Source: a virus
Strand: one strand, 5' to 3'
Virus record (IMG/VR): IMGVR_UViG_3300033047_000016
Length of the DNA stretch: 64,000 nucleotides
In this document: positions 19,369-29,425 of the stretch, one piece after another
Layout: every line of letters starts with the position of its first letter
Position numbering within the stretch: the stretch's first letter is position 1
Notes under the pieces: generated by a model
What the model was told of the DNA's origin: nothing
The model's input: the letters and a program-made list of their open reading frames with translations, nothing else
Database searches by the model: none
Position numbers and translations under genes: made by a program

Positions 19369-21417
19369 ATGACAAACCAGAGTATCCGCGCGCAGATTGT
19401 CGAGCGCCGCACTTACTTACGTCCAACCAATTCAAGCGGTACTGAATTTGAGACGCCGAAACAAGCATGGCGCAGAGTTATCAACCACCAGCATTGGCTG
19501 TGGGAGCGAGCTAAAGGTGAACCTCTGGACATTGTGGAACTGGCTGAACTTGAAGAGCTTTATGGATTATTCATGAGCCGAAAAGTTACTGTGTCCGGGC
19601 GCACGCGCTGGCTTGGCGGTACAGATGTTGCTAAAAAGCGCGAATCTTCGCAATTTAATTGTGCGTTCGGTGAAGTCCAGACCGTACACGATGTGGTCGA
19701 TACGATCTGGTTGTTGCTGCAAGGCTGTGGCGTCGGGTTCCGGGCTAATGTTGGTGTTCTAAATGGATTCACTGTACACATTGACGAGATTGAGATTGTT
19801 CGGTCAACCAAAGTATTGCCGCGCGACAAAGACGGCAATCCTATTTCCGATACGGCGCTCAAAGGCAACCCAAAGAATGTAGAGACATTTGACAAAACCA
19901 CTGGCGTGTGGACCATCACGGTTGGGGACAGTGCCGAAGCTTGGGCAAAGTTTTTTGGAAAGATCATGGCGTTCAAAGGCCGCGCCAAGAAGCTTGTCGT
20001 AATTTGTTCTGAGATTCGTCCGGCTGGATATCGCTTGTCTGGTTACGGTTGGATTTCTTCTGGCGACTCTCAATTAATTCTCGCCGTCGAAGGAATCTTC
20101 GAAGTAATGAACCGTAGCGCTGGAAGAATCTTGTCAGCCATCGACGTGTTGGATATCGAGAATCACCTTGGAACCATCTTGTCTTCACGGCGCTCTGCGG
20201 AAATTGCATTGTACGAATACGGCGGTCCTGAGTGGGAAGCATTTGCAGTAGCAAAGAAAGATCACTTTGAGAAGGGTTTACCACATCGCGGCATGTCCAA
20301 CAACAGCCTCGTGTTTTATCACAAGCCAACCCGGCGTCAGTTGAATAAAATCTTCAAGATGATCGAGCAAGCTGGTGGGTCAGAACCCGGATTCATCAAC
20401 GGCGAAGCAGCACTAAAGCGTGCCCCTTATTTCAAGGGTGTCAATCCGTGCGCCGAGATTCTTCTCGGAGACAAATCATTCTGTAACTTGGTAGAAACGG
20501 CTGTGTCACGGTTCAACGGCGACGAGAAGGGGCTGCACCGCGCTCACTGGCTTATTGCCCGTGCAAACTACCGCCAGACATGCGTAAACTTGGACGACGG
20601 CGTCCTACAGCGCACATGGCACGAGTTGAATGAATTCCTGCGCCTGTGTGGTGTTGGTGTTACTGGCATCGTCGGCTGGGAGTTTCACAAGGACCCGGAA
20701 GCGTGGCAGGAGCTACGTGAGGTAGCCACCGACGGTGTCAACAGTATGGCAGACGAACTAGGTCTGCCACATGCTAAGCTGGTTACTACAGTCAAGCCCA
20801 GCGGCACACAGACAAAGGTGTTTGGACAGGTCGGGGACGAACTTGGTGAAGGTGCCCACAAGCCTATGGCGCGGTACATTTTCAACCGCATCAACTTCTC
20901 GAAGGACGATCCTATTGTCGCTGCATGCGCCGAAGCCGGATATGAGATAGCGGTCAACCCTTACGACGATACTGGAAGGATCATTACCATTCCAGTAGAA
21001 TTCACCGGCATGGAATTTGACACTGTTGAAATGGTGGTTGGAGGAGAGACTCGCACAGTTGAAGTGAACTTGGAAAGCGCAATCGACCAATTGGATCGCT
21101 ACAAGTTGCTCCAAGAGAATTACGTCGATCACAATTGCTCGATCACTGTGTCATATGATCTTGGCGAAGTGCCAGACATTGTTGATTGGTTGATGGACAA
21201 CTGGGACACCTACGTTGGGGTATCTTTCCTGTATCGGACAGACCCGACGAAGACTGCAAAAGACCTTGGCTTTCCATATTTGCCACAACAACCTGTGGAT
21301 GAGAAGACATACAACGATTACGTTCAAGTGCTTTCGACTGTTAATTTCGAAGGAACGGATCGTGATGAGCTATTGGATTTGGATGATTGCAGTTCCGGTA
21401 TGTGCCCAATAAGGTGA
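19369..21417 (+). CDS. nrdJ: Class II (B12-dependent) ribonucleotide reductase
   Basis: FNCAF, GCGVGF, RRSAEI, GSEPG, NPCAEI, TVKPSGT, C-terminal CSSGMCPIR; no nrdB nearby; GGAG RBS before ATG 19369. Confidence 0.92.
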   Translation: MTNQSIRAQIVERRTYLRPTNSSGTEFETPKQAWRRVINHQHWLWERAKGEPLDIVELAELEELYGLFMSRKVTVSGRTRWLGGTDVAKKRESSQFNCAFGEVQTVHDVVDTIWLLLQGCGVGFRANVGVLNGFTVHIDEIEIVRSTKVLPRDKDGNPISDTALKGNPKNVETFDKTTGVWTITVGDSAEAWAKFFGKIMAFKGRAKKLVVICSEIRPAGYRLSGYGWISSGDSQLILAVEGIFEVMNRSAGRILSAIDVLDIENHLGTILSSRRSAEIALYEYGGPEWEAFAVAKKDHFEKGLPHRGMSNNSLVFYHKPTRRQLNKIFKMIEQAGGSEPGFINGEAALKRAPYFKGVNPCAEILLGDKSFCNLVETAVSRFNGDEKGLHRAHWLIARANYRQTCVNLDDGVLQRTWHELNEFLRLCGVGVTGIVGWEFHKDPEAWQELREVATDGVNSMADELGLPHAKLVTTVKPSGTQTKVFGQVGDELGEGAHKPMARYIFNRINFSKDDPIVAACAEAGYEIAVNPYDDTGRIITIPVEFTGMEFDTVEMVVGGETRTVEVNLESAIDQLDRYKLLQENYVDHNCSITVSYDLGEVPDIVDWLMDNWDTYVGVSFLYRTDPTKTAKDLGFPYLPQQPVDEKTYNDYVQVLSTVNFEGTDRDELLDLDDCSSGMCPIR

Positions 21418-22163
21418 TGTCTGCCTATAAATGGCATAAAGCGGCAATCGCAGACGAAGCGTCCCGATACAGGAATCGGGGTGCCTTCCGCATGGGGAGT
21501 AAACAGGCGTACGAAGCAGCCCGTCGCCAAAATATATTGGAAGAAATGTGTTCACACATGGCACCACCACAATATAAACGAAATGTAGATGATGTAATTA
21601 CTGCCGCTAAACCGTATAATACAATGTCTGAATTCATTGCAGAATGCCCCAAAGATTACGACAGTGCTAGGAAAAATGGTTGGCTTGCTGTTATACGGGT
21701 GGGAATGGAACCAGCCACATTACCTTGGACCGAAAATAGAATTAGAGAATCGGCGTTTACCTGTGAATCTAGAATGGAATTTAAACATGAATATTATGGG
21801 GGATACCAAGCCGCCCAACGCTTAAATATTTTAGATAGCGTCTGCGCTCACATGATTAAAAAACCAAAGGTCCATGTGTATATGTACGCTGATACTGTCA
21901 ATGCTTATGTAGGTATATCTGGATACCCCGATTCCTATAGACATCAAGATCATAAAAGAAGAAACGATGCAGTCGGAGAATTAACGCGTTCAGTTAGCTT
22001 AGTAATATTGACTAAAGATAAAATTCCGTGGGCGGAAGCCCGTGAATTGGAAAAGAATACAATAATACAAATGGCAAAAACACATAGAATTCTTAATATC
22101 CAAGATAATCCACAGAGGAAAGGTCATGATAAGTTTTACGCTGTACAAGCAAGTAGATGTTGA
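21417..22163 (+). CDS. Putative free-standing homing endonuclease (repeat domain plus GIY-YIG-like C-terminus)
   Basis: Three Y.AA...(W/I)L..C.HM-type repeats; VYMY...AYVGIS...HQDH...ELE; AT-richer; overlaps both neighbours. Confidence 0.6.
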   Translation: MSAYKWHKAAIADEASRYRNRGAFRMGSKQAYEAARRQNILEEMCSHMAPPQYKRNVDDVITAAKPYNTMSEFIAECPKDYDSARKNGWLAVIRVGMEPATLPWTENRIRESAFTCESRMEFKHEYYGGYQAAQRLNILDSVCAHMIKKPKVHVYMYADTVNAYVGISGYPDSYRHQDHKRRNDAVGELTRSVSLVILTKDKIPWAEARELEKNTIIQMAKTHRILNIQDNPQRKGHDKFYAVQASRC

Positions 22164-22386
22164 ATGCAAATGGTGTGACAAATCTGTCACACTAATCCAC
22201 TCATATGGCTTGGAGTGCGACGTGCGCCCGCTGACGCGGGAGAAGCTGTTAGTGTGGGCAGAGAAAGCCCACATGAAGACAGTGCCAATCATTTATCACG
22301 GTATGCGCCTCGTCGGTGGGTTCGACCAGTTGGAAAGTTACATCGACAATATAAGAGGCCAAAGATGGCCGGTAAACCGCCGCTGA
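22126..22386 (+). CDS. Glutaredoxin
   Basis: CKWC, KTVPII, VGGFDQL. Confidence 0.88.
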   Translation: MISFTLYKQVDVECKWCDKSVTLIHSYGLECDVRPLTREKLLVWAEKAHMKTVPIIYHGMRLVGGFDQLESYIDNIRGQRWPVNRR

Positions 22387-22458
22387 CGCGGCTTATGGGT
22401 CATGTATGGCCCATTACACCGTCATATGGTTCACGTGTGACGCAATAAGGAGACTATC

Positions 22459-22557
22459 ATGTTGACAACCATTCTATGTGTCGTAGCATTTTTGGCGGGA
22501 CTGTACTTGGGTCCTGCGGCTGAAGATGTCCTCAACTCAATCACCAATAAGAATTAG
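22459..22557 (+). CDS. 32-aa membrane peptide (not in ORF track)
   Basis: AAGGAG RBS; MLTTILCVVAFLAGLYLGPAAEDVLNSITNKN. Confidence 0.6.
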   Translation: MLTTILCVVAFLAGLYLGPAAEDVLNSITNKN

Positions 22558-22566
22558 GATACTATC

Positions 22567-23019
22567 ATGCTAAATATTCCCGACAATGTCCCAACAAAGT
22601 TATTGACTGTGGGGGCGAAACTTCCAACTTACGGTAGCGCTGAAGCCGCAGGCATGGACTTGTACGCCGACTTTACAAACGAAAATACGGAGTCGATTGT
22701 CTTAACACCCGGCACACGAAAACTGTTCAAGGTAGGGATCGCCGTGCAAATGCCACAAGGGGTATATGGACGCATTGCTCCGCGTTCTGGCATGGCATAC
22801 AAGCACGGCATTGACGTAATGGCTGGTGTCATTGACAGCGATTACCGGGGCGAAATCGGTGTCATTCTGATCAATCACGGAGACGCAAACTACTGTGTTG
22901 GACACGGCGACAGGATCGCTCAGATGATTATTACCCCGTATATTCGCGGGGATATATTTTCGTCGGAATTGACCGAAACGGAACGTGGTGGCGGAAAATA
23001 CGGGAGTACCGGTAAATGA
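22567..23019 (+). CDS. dut: Trimeric dUTPase
   Basis: AGMDL, APRSG, GVIDSDYRGE, RIAQ, RGGGKYGSTG. Confidence 0.96.
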   Translation: MLNIPDNVPTKLLTVGAKLPTYGSAEAAGMDLYADFTNENTESIVLTPGTRKLFKVGIAVQMPQGVYGRIAPRSGMAYKHGIDVMAGVIDSDYRGEIGVILINHGDANYCVGHGDRIAQMIITPYIRGDIFSSELTETERGGGKYGSTGK

Positions 23020-23050
23020 AATAGGCCCGCGTCAGCGGGCCTTTTCTTTT
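23019..23050. terminator. Intrinsic terminator at convergence of the two arms
   Basis: AGGCCCGC-GTCA-GCGGGCCT followed by a T-run; short A-run on the other side. Confidence 0.8.
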
Positions 23051-23376
23051 GCTGTTTGATTAAAATCATCTATAATACTGATCGTCGTACGCAAGTCACG
23101 TTTACAGTGCTCAGCCATTTGCGTCAGCGACACTAAATGAATAGCCACGTCCCGTTGCGTTATCTCTGGATCGTCTGGATCAGGTGCCAACGGTAACTGC
23201 GGACAGCTTCTGTTCTGCGGTGGAATTGTTATCTCAGCGATATGCGTCTGTACCAATGGTCCATTTTGTCCAGTACAAGCGGACAAACTAGCGGTGACGC
23301 AAAGCGCGAAGAGTATTTTCGAGAACTGGGGCAATAGCACCATCGTCTTCATCCCTTGCACGTATGGCATCGTCAC
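23032..23376 (-). CDS. o-spanin lipoprotein (Rz1-like)
   Basis: Lipobox LSAC, Pro-rich, overlaps i-spanin; exact start uncertain. Confidence 0.75.
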   Translation of the reverse strand: MTMPYVQGMKTMVLLPQFSKILFALCVTASLSACTGQNGPLVQTHIAEITIPPQNRSCPQLPLAPDPDDPEITQRDVAIHLVSLTQMAEHCKRDLRTTISIIDDFNQTAKEKAR

Positions 23377-23656
23377 TTATCTGACGCAATTCTCCCTCAC
23401 GGCGTTCGGCTTCAAGCCGCGCCAACTCAGAGATTGCTGCCGTGCGGTGCATTTGCTCTGTTAGGGCTTTCTGGGTGGATATTTCACCTTCCTGAATTTG
23501 GATGGTGATCGCTTGCTCCGCAACTATGCGGGCATTATCTACGGCGGTGTTCACAAATGAAACTACCTGTATCATAAGGAATCCAGCAATCAAAGCTCCT
23601 GCCAAATACATGAGCTTCTTGGGGCTGGAAAAGAATCCTATGATCGTTAGTAACAT
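23288..23656 (-). CDS. i-spanin (Rz-like)
   Basis: N-terminal TM helix then coiled coil. Confidence 0.75.
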   Translation of the reverse strand: MLLTIIGFFSSPKKLMYLAGALIAGFLMIQVVSFVNTAVDNARIVAEQAITIQIQEGEISTQKALTEQMHRTAAISELARLEAERREGELRQISDDAIRARDEDDGAIAPVLENTLRALRHR

Positions 23657-23669
23657 AGCCGCCTCGTGA

Positions 23670-23939
23670 TTAATCTTTGGATTTAAGCATATTCCCGATG
23701 CCGCCATTGTAGTCAATGACAGAACCTGTAACATATGCTGCAACAGTTGTCAACACCAACGTTGATGCTGCGCCCATGTACAATTCCATAACAGGTCCAG
23801 TTACAATCCAACCGAAACCAGACATGGCAGCAAAAATGGCCATGGTACCAAGACAGAATAACGTCACACGAGATATGAATCGGTGGCGTCTTGCCCGGTC
23901 AACCGGTTGCTGAATTGATATTTCTGCTATTTCTGTCAC
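23670..23939 (-). CDS. Putative holin
   Basis: Two TM helices, lysis cassette position. Confidence 0.65.
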   Translation of the reverse strand: MTEIAEISIQQPVDRARRHRFISRVTLFCLGTMAIFAAMSGFGWIVTGPVMELYMGAASTLVLTTVAAYVTGSVIDYNGGIGNMLKSKD

Positions 23940-24421
23940 GCCTTTGGCCTCGGTGGTTTCTTCGTTTTTGGTGGGCGCAGTTTGCTTGGATTACATCGCT
24001 GCCCCGGAGCACCGTTTTCAGGAACACCCCTCAACGCTAATTCCATACGGATCATTGCACCCTCTAATAGCGAGGATATCACGCTTACGTCTATCGAGTC
24101 CACCTTTGCATCGGCGTTCATTTTGTCGATACTGTCGGTGCCTGTTTCTTCTGCCACTAACAGAAGTCCGGTTGCCTGTGACGTCGCTTGAAGTGTATCG
24201 GTAGCCTTCTTCACGAATTGGTTATATTCTACAATGTGCGGCCACACGGCTCCACAAGGATGCGCGGCATGCACAGATTTTAATGTTTCATCTGCCGCAC
24301 CTAACGCCGCACGGGCATAATCGTATGCTGCAACTTGAAGTGTTGCCTTGACGTTTATCAAGGTCATGCGAATTGCCGCTACGTCTTTTTCACTGCTTCC
24401 GAGTATTGTGTTGATGTCCAT
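23936..24421 (-). CDS. Hypothetical protein in lysis cassette
   Basis: Helical ORF starting MDINTIL. Confidence 0.6.
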   Translation of the reverse strand: MDINTILGSSEKDVAAIRMTLINVKATLQVAAYDYARAALGAADETLKSVHAAHPCGAVWPHIVEYNQFVKKATDTLQATSQATGLLLVAEETGTDSIDKMNADAKVDSIDVSVISSLLEGAMIRMELALRGVPENGAPGQRCNPSKLRPPKTKKPPRPKA

Positions 24422-24720
24422 GATTGCCTTTCCAGCTTTTCTACGCGGTGAAGAGATTCCGCACAATGATCGTATTCTTTGAACCAAAATATGGCGTCGG
24501 TAATTATTTCCAGTGCCTTCCAGACGAAACGGTACTTATGGCGCTCCCGTACATGGAAGCCGATGCAGGAAGATAATGTTGGCCCCCACGCTCCACCCAT
24601 AATCATGAAGTGAACCCATTGCGACACTACTGCGATTATGTCTTCCCAAGGAATTCCTTGTTGTCGGACCCGCGCTACAGTTATGCCAAAAAGAATTATA
24701 AGGAGCGCAAGCCAGATCAT
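24379..24720 (-). CDS. Hypothetical membrane protein
   Basis: N-terminal TM; GGAG RBS. Confidence 0.65.
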   Translation of the reverse strand: MIWLALLIILFGITVARVRQQGIPWEDIIAVVSQWVHFMIMGGAWGPTLSSCIGFHVRERHKYRFVWKALEIITDAIFWFKEYDHCAESLHRVEKLERQSWTSTQYSEAVKKT

Positions 24721-24731
24721 TTAAGTCTCCG

Positions 24732-25538
24732 TCAGATTTTTCTGAGGTAGGCTTCGTGCACCCACCCATCATCATTTCCATTCAAGTCTATGCGACGCCA
24801 ACTGCCCCTCGCATCCACTACTCCAACAATATCTCCACGATGCACAGAATTTATTACACTGAAATTGGTTCCCGGCCCTTGGCGAACGTTTAAGGAACCT
24901 GCGGTGACCTGATAAGCGTCTGTAGTGTCCTCACGAGGCTCAGAGAGGGTCAACAGGCGCTTGTAGCGGTCCATTGGAAACATGGGTCCCGGATCAGTCT
25001 TCCAGCCGCGTGTGTCAATCTCTTCATGCGATACTATGTCAATGATACCATACTCAGAGATAATGTCACGCGTCAAAGCTTCAACGGCTTCAAGTTGTTT
25101 GTCTGGATATTCTGGCCACCAGAATGTACCACTACCTACACGAGAATTTGTGTACGCCCCCATCCTTGGCATGTCAGATTCTTTACGGCGGATATTGTCG
25201 CGGAAATATGTTGTCCCACTTTTTCTGAACCATCCGGCGTTGACAATCTCGATCCCGATGGAATACTGATTCAGACCATTATACCCCATGTGCCGTGATG
25301 GTCCAGCATGCCACGCTGCAACGTTATACGGAACGTGTTGGTACACGGTACCATCAAGATCAACTGTCAACTGCGCGCTGACGCGTGACGACTTAGATTC
25401 AAAAGTTGACACGGCACTTGCTGCCGTGAACCCAGCGGTATAGTGCATGACAATAAACTTCGGAACAATTGGTCCACTGAAATTTGGCGATGGCTTCTGA
25501 ATCGCGTACGTTACTTTGTGATCTTTTATATATGACAT
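24732..25538 (-). CDS. Endolysin: N-acetylmuramoyl-L-alanine amidase (Amidase_2) plus SH3b
   Basis: IVMHYTAG, AWHAG, SIGIEIVN, SHEEI..KTDPG; LNVRQGPGT...GWV. Confidence 0.92.
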   Translation of the reverse strand: MSYIKDHKVTYAIQKPSPNFSGPIVPKFIVMHYTAGFTAASAVSTFESKSSRVSAQLTVDLDGTVYQHVPYNVAAWHAGPSRHMGYNGLNQYSIGIEIVNAGWFRKSGTTYFRDNIRRKESDMPRMGAYTNSRVGSGTFWWPEYPDKQLEAVEALTRDIISEYGIIDIVSHEEIDTRGWKTDPGPMFPMDRYKRLLTLSEPREDTTDAYQVTAGSLNVRQGPGTNFSVINSVHRGDIVGVVDARGSWRRIDLNGNDDGWVHEAYLRKI

Positions 25539-25556
25539 GAGTCTTCTCCTGTAGAA

Positions 25557-26507
25557 TTAAGCCGACGCAATTAAACCGACTTCTGCGGCGTTTACACCTG
25601 TCTGATCCCAAGCCAAGGAATCTGAAGGGTCCAACTCAAAGTTTTCAATGTAGTTTTCCACACTTGTACTCAGAGTTTGTGCCGCCCCATCATAATCCGT
25701 GGAGCCTATTCTTAACGTCTGTTTTAACGTTTGTGGTGCGCCAGAACCAGCCGAAGCTCGACAATTAAGAACCACTGCTGCTATACTACTACCACTACTA
25801 TAGGTGTCCATATTGGCTGATTGTCTGTCGGTTGCAGTGTCAGTGAACATGCTGGTAGCATCATCATCATCACCCAAATCAGCCACGGCCCCGGACCAAG
25901 CCGTGTAATTACCAGCGGTGGATGGATCAATGCGATCAACGCGTGCATTTCTAGTATTGTCAGCCGCCACTAAAAATTCAGACATGTTGAATAATCCATT
26001 ATCTATTTGATTAAATTCAAGACGTCTCCCTACCCCCAAACCTCCCGTATTCAACGCTGTGGCTGTTGATTGTAGTGCTTGCCCTAAATAGTATTCCAAA
26101 GTTATACCACTACCATTAACCGTAAGTTTTAGGTCAAATTCTAATATAGAGGCATTACCAATAACTCCAGCAAAAGCCCCCGTAACAGTTGTATCTCCGT
26201 ATACTTTTGCCCCAAACAGTCCATCAAGCAGGTCAACTTCAGCTATGATGGTTCCACCAGAATCTTTTATGACACACATCGAACCATCGTCCAAAACATC
26301 CAGTGAACTGTTAAACTTCGCACGCCAATGATACCAAACAACATCACCCGAAGGAGCTAAATGGTTACTCTTCATAGGTGTATTTGTATTGTTTGGCATT
26401 TCTATAGCATATGGAACCCTAGCACTGTCATAATTAACTGCGGTCGTGTTTGTGGCTGGGGAATTTCCCCAGTCGGTTTTGTTATTTGATGCAAAAAGTA
26501 CTTCCAT
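25557..26507 (-). CDS. Virion adhesin-like protein, paralogue of 36076..37080
   Basis: Beta-rich; shared C-terminal pattern P...GNY.A...TDR.S...RI.STDY...W.......E.G. Confidence 0.6.
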   Translation of the reverse strand: MEVLFASNNKTDWGNSPATNTTAVNYDSARVPYAIEMPNNTNTPMKSNHLAPSGDVVWYHWRAKFNSSLDVLDDGSMCVIKDSGGTIIAEVDLLDGLFGAKVYGDTTVTGAFAGVIGNASILEFDLKLTVNGSGITLEYYLGQALQSTATALNTGGLGVGRRLEFNQIDNGLFNMSEFLVAADNTRNARVDRIDPSTAGNYTAWSGAVADLGDDDDATSMFTDTATDRQSANMDTYSSGSSIAAVVLNCRASAGSGAPQTLKQTLRIGSTDYDGAAQTLSTSVENYIENFELDPSDSLAWDQTGVNAAEVGLIASA

Positions 26508-26514
26508 AGTGTCC

Positions 26515-27375
26515 TCAATTAGTTATAACGTATACGGTTTGTTCGTGTGCAGATTGGTGGTCCTTTACACCGAATCCAGTAATTACATATGTAGACTGTT
26601 CTCGTACGGCTTGATTATCCTTCTGTGCAATGCCTGCAACAGCATATACACTTTGGATGTGCACTCTTTGTATAATGTCTACGGGTGCGGAATTCACAGA
26701 CACTAAGACACCGGCCTGTCCATCGGTTACGCTTTGTGTAATGGTGGCAGTCCCAGTAGCAGCAGCCGTTTCAAGGGGTCTCGTTCCGAAGGTAAGACCT
26801 ATTCCGACAGTTCCCCCAATTCCTATTTCACTTTGTTTTGTATATCCGGCTGGGTACCCAAATGGGGCATAATCGTCCCCGTCAAACCCAACAAATGCCA
26901 ATATCAAGCTATCATTTTCCACTGTCGTAATTGAGGGTATAACAATGTCAGAAGCTCCATTAACAAACTCGTAAACTCCCATTATACCCATTACCACACT
27001 TATTGTCGCGTGTGACAAGTGGATCATGAATCCGGCCCTATTTACGGAGGTTCCAGTAGAAGCCTCCAAAGCCATGGTACCAGTTTCAGTGCCGTTGGCA
27101 ATCCTTGAATAGATATTAACCACATTGTCGGATACTCCATTCCCTCCAGACCCTTCTAGTACCCATCCAACAGGAGTAGAATACTGGTTTACGCCGGAAG
27201 ATGAATCGGTAGCAGCGCCAATTAGCAGTAAATCTCCAGAAGAAATACTGGGTGGATATGTTAGAACAAGATCACTCGTGGAAAAACCCAGAACATTCGA
27301 TGTGAAGGCCATGTCTGGGATGTCTGCGCCGCCGCCTAAAACGGTTTTGGAGCCAGCGATTATACCAAGAAACAT
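26515..27375 (-). CDS. Tail fibre tip/adhesin protein
   Basis: MFLGIIAG N-terminus after fibre gene; GDLLLI motif; triple C-terminal repeat. Confidence 0.6.
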   Translation of the reverse strand: MFLGIIAGSKTVLGGGADIPDMAFTSNVLGFSTSDLVLTYPPSISSGDLLLIGAATDSSSGVNQYSTPVGWVLEGSGGNGVSDNVVNIYSRIANGTETGTMALEASTGTSVNRAGFMIHLSHATISVVMGIMGVYEFVNGASDIVIPSITTVENDSLILAFVGFDGDDYAPFGYPAGYTKQSEIGIGGTVGIGLTFGTRPLETAAATGTATITQSVTDGQAGVLVSVNSAPVDIIQRVHIQSVYAVAGIAQKDNQAVREQSTYVITGFGVKDHQSAHEQTVYVITN

Positions 27376-29366
27376 TATGCCCTGTCTCCCATCAATGTCG
27401 CCTCAGTGCCTGACTTGAATTTGATTGCAACAACTGAGTATTGACCATTGGTGGCAATTAACGCTCCGTTGGATCGTAGAGTAAATCCAGCGCCTGCGGT
27501 TACGGTGATAACACCAGTACCGTTTTGCTCCAGAGTTATTTCATCATCGGCAGAAAATATTCCAGTATTCAAGGTTACCGTAATGGCACCAGCGTTTGTG
27601 AATTCGATCCAATCGCCGATATCTCCGGCAGCAAGAACGCGCGCGGTTGTGGCGTCTGTAGTTATACTGCTTGAAGCGCCGCCGCCCGGAATGGTTACGG
27701 TTGCAACTCCGGCAGTGTCTGTTGCTGTTACGCCTGCGCCAACAAAGTTTATTGCCGTTGGTGCCGCAGTGACCGTTGATCCTTCTTCTTGAACGGGTAC
27801 GTCAACGTTGCCCGGAATTGTTATATCAACACCGTTGGCACCATCAACTGTTACGACAACACCAGCACCAATGAAATCGAAGGCCAATGGGTCAGCCTCG
27901 ATCACGGTGCCTTCGTCTTTAACCGATGGCGCAATTATGTCAACTGTAGCAACCCCAGAAACATCACTGATCGACACACTGCTCCTAGTGATGAAGTTTA
28001 ATACTGTGGCCCCAGTTACCACATCTACCGCACCAGACTGAACATCAATACCAGAACCACCACCCGGAATGGTTACCGTGGCAACGCCAGCCGTGTCAGT
28101 TGCAGTAACACCAGCGCCAACGAAGTTGATCGCGGTAGGTGAGGCGGTGACAGTCGCACCTTCTTCTTGAACCGGTACAGCAGCGGCCCCAGCCGGAATG
28201 GTCACAGTAGCAACACCGGCAATGTCAGTCGCCGTGACGCCAGCGCCAACGAAGTTGATCGCGGTAGGTGCGGCGGTGACAGTCGCACCCTCTTCTTGGA
28301 CCGGTACAGCAGCGGCACCAGCCGGAATGGTCACAGTAGCAACACCGGCAATGTCAGTCGCTGTGACTCCCGCACCAACAAAGTTGATTGCCGTGGGTGC
28401 CGCAGTTACAGTAGAACCCTCTTCTTGTACCGGTACAGCGGCGGCACCCGCCGGAATGGTCACAGTAGCAACACCGGCAATGTCAGTCGCCGTGACGCCA
28501 GCGCCAACGAAGTTGATCGCGGTAGGTGCGGCGGTGACAGTAGAACCCTCTTCTTGGACAGGCACGTCCACGTTGCCAGCAATGGCAATCTGTGTGACGT
28601 CAGCAGATGGATTCGTAGTGACAACGCCCGCGCCAGTGAAGTTCATCGTATCTGTCGCCACGACAATCTGAACACCATCGTCTTGGGTCTCGATAGCGGA
28701 CCCACCACCCGGAATGGTTACAGTCGCAACTCCGGCAGTGTCTGTAGCTGTGACGCCAGCCCCAACAAAGTTAATTGCCGTGGGCGTCGCAGTGACCGTG
28801 GCACCCTCTTCTTGGACAGGAACATCAACGTTTCCGGGGATTGTGATGTCGGCACCAGTACCATCTAATGTAGCAACGACGCCAGCGCCCACGAAGTTAA
28901 TGAACGTCGGATCAGTGACTACATCAGCACCACCTTCATCCTTGACTCCCATAGAGAATCCCGACGCAGATGCTACGGCGATAATATCCAGACCGTCCGC
29001 AAACACCAGCGTGGCTTGCCCAGACGCTACCACTACTGTCGTACCTGCACCATGTGTAATGGTTATGGAATCTGTACCAGCATTATCGAAAATGATGAAC
29101 CGGTTTGTGGTGACAGTGGGTCCGCTACCAATAGTCGTTGGAATTGTCAATGTGCGTGCAACAACGCCGCCCGTCCCTCGGAATAGTTGGTAGCGAGTTA
29201 GTTGCGATTCTAGCATAGTAACGTTACCAGAAGAAAAGTCAAGCGCTACCAGACGATTCAAAGCATCGTCGAATGCTTGCATCGCTGTGTTTGAAAGAAT
29301 ATATTTATTGTTGTCATTTTCCGCCATAAGCGGAATTTGCAAGTACGATGTATTGCCTAGAGGCAT
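27375..29366 (-). CDS. Tail fibre protein with modular repeats
   Basis: Ten modules of about 43 aa (VPVQEEG.TVTA.PTAINFVGAGVTATD.AGVATVTIP); AGGAG RBS. Confidence 0.85.
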   Translation of the reverse strand: MPLGNTSYLQIPLMAENDNNKYILSNTAMQAFDDALNRLVALDFSSGNVTMLESQLTRYQLFRGTGGVVARTLTIPTTIGSGPTVTTNRFIIFDNAGTDSITITHGAGTTVVVASGQATLVFADGLDIIAVASASGFSMGVKDEGGADVVTDPTFINFVGAGVVATLDGTGADITIPGNVDVPVQEEGATVTATPTAINFVGAGVTATDTAGVATVTIPGGGSAIETQDDGVQIVVATDTMNFTGAGVVTTNPSADVTQIAIAGNVDVPVQEEGSTVTAAPTAINFVGAGVTATDIAGVATVTIPAGAAAVPVQEEGSTVTAAPTAINFVGAGVTATDIAGVATVTIPAGAAAVPVQEEGATVTAAPTAINFVGAGVTATDIAGVATVTIPAGAAAVPVQEEGATVTASPTAINFVGAGVTATDTAGVATVTIPGGGSGIDVQSGAVDVVTGATVLNFITRSSVSISDVSGVATVDIIAPSVKDEGTVIEADPLAFDFIGAGVVVTVDGANGVDITIPGNVDVPVQEEGSTVTAAPTAINFVGAGVTATDTAGVATVTIPGGGASSSITTDATTARVLAAGDIGDWIEFTNAGAITVTLNTGIFSADDEITLEQNGTGVITVTAGAGFTLRSNGALIATNGQYSVVAIKFKSGTEATLMGDRA
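27680..28950 (-). repeat. 129-bp tandem coding repeats
   Basis: Unit landmarks at 28064, 28193, 28322, 28451, plus diverged flanking units. Confidence 0.9.
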
Positions 29367-29425
29367 GAGATTCTCCTATATGTCATTTTGTACGACATGT
29401 AAACTGTGTTGTCAAGGAATGACGG

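Noticed and set aside
27680-28950. CRISPR array or DGR template/variable repeats
   Set aside because: In-frame coding repeats without spacers; differences are not adenine-specific; no reverse transcriptase
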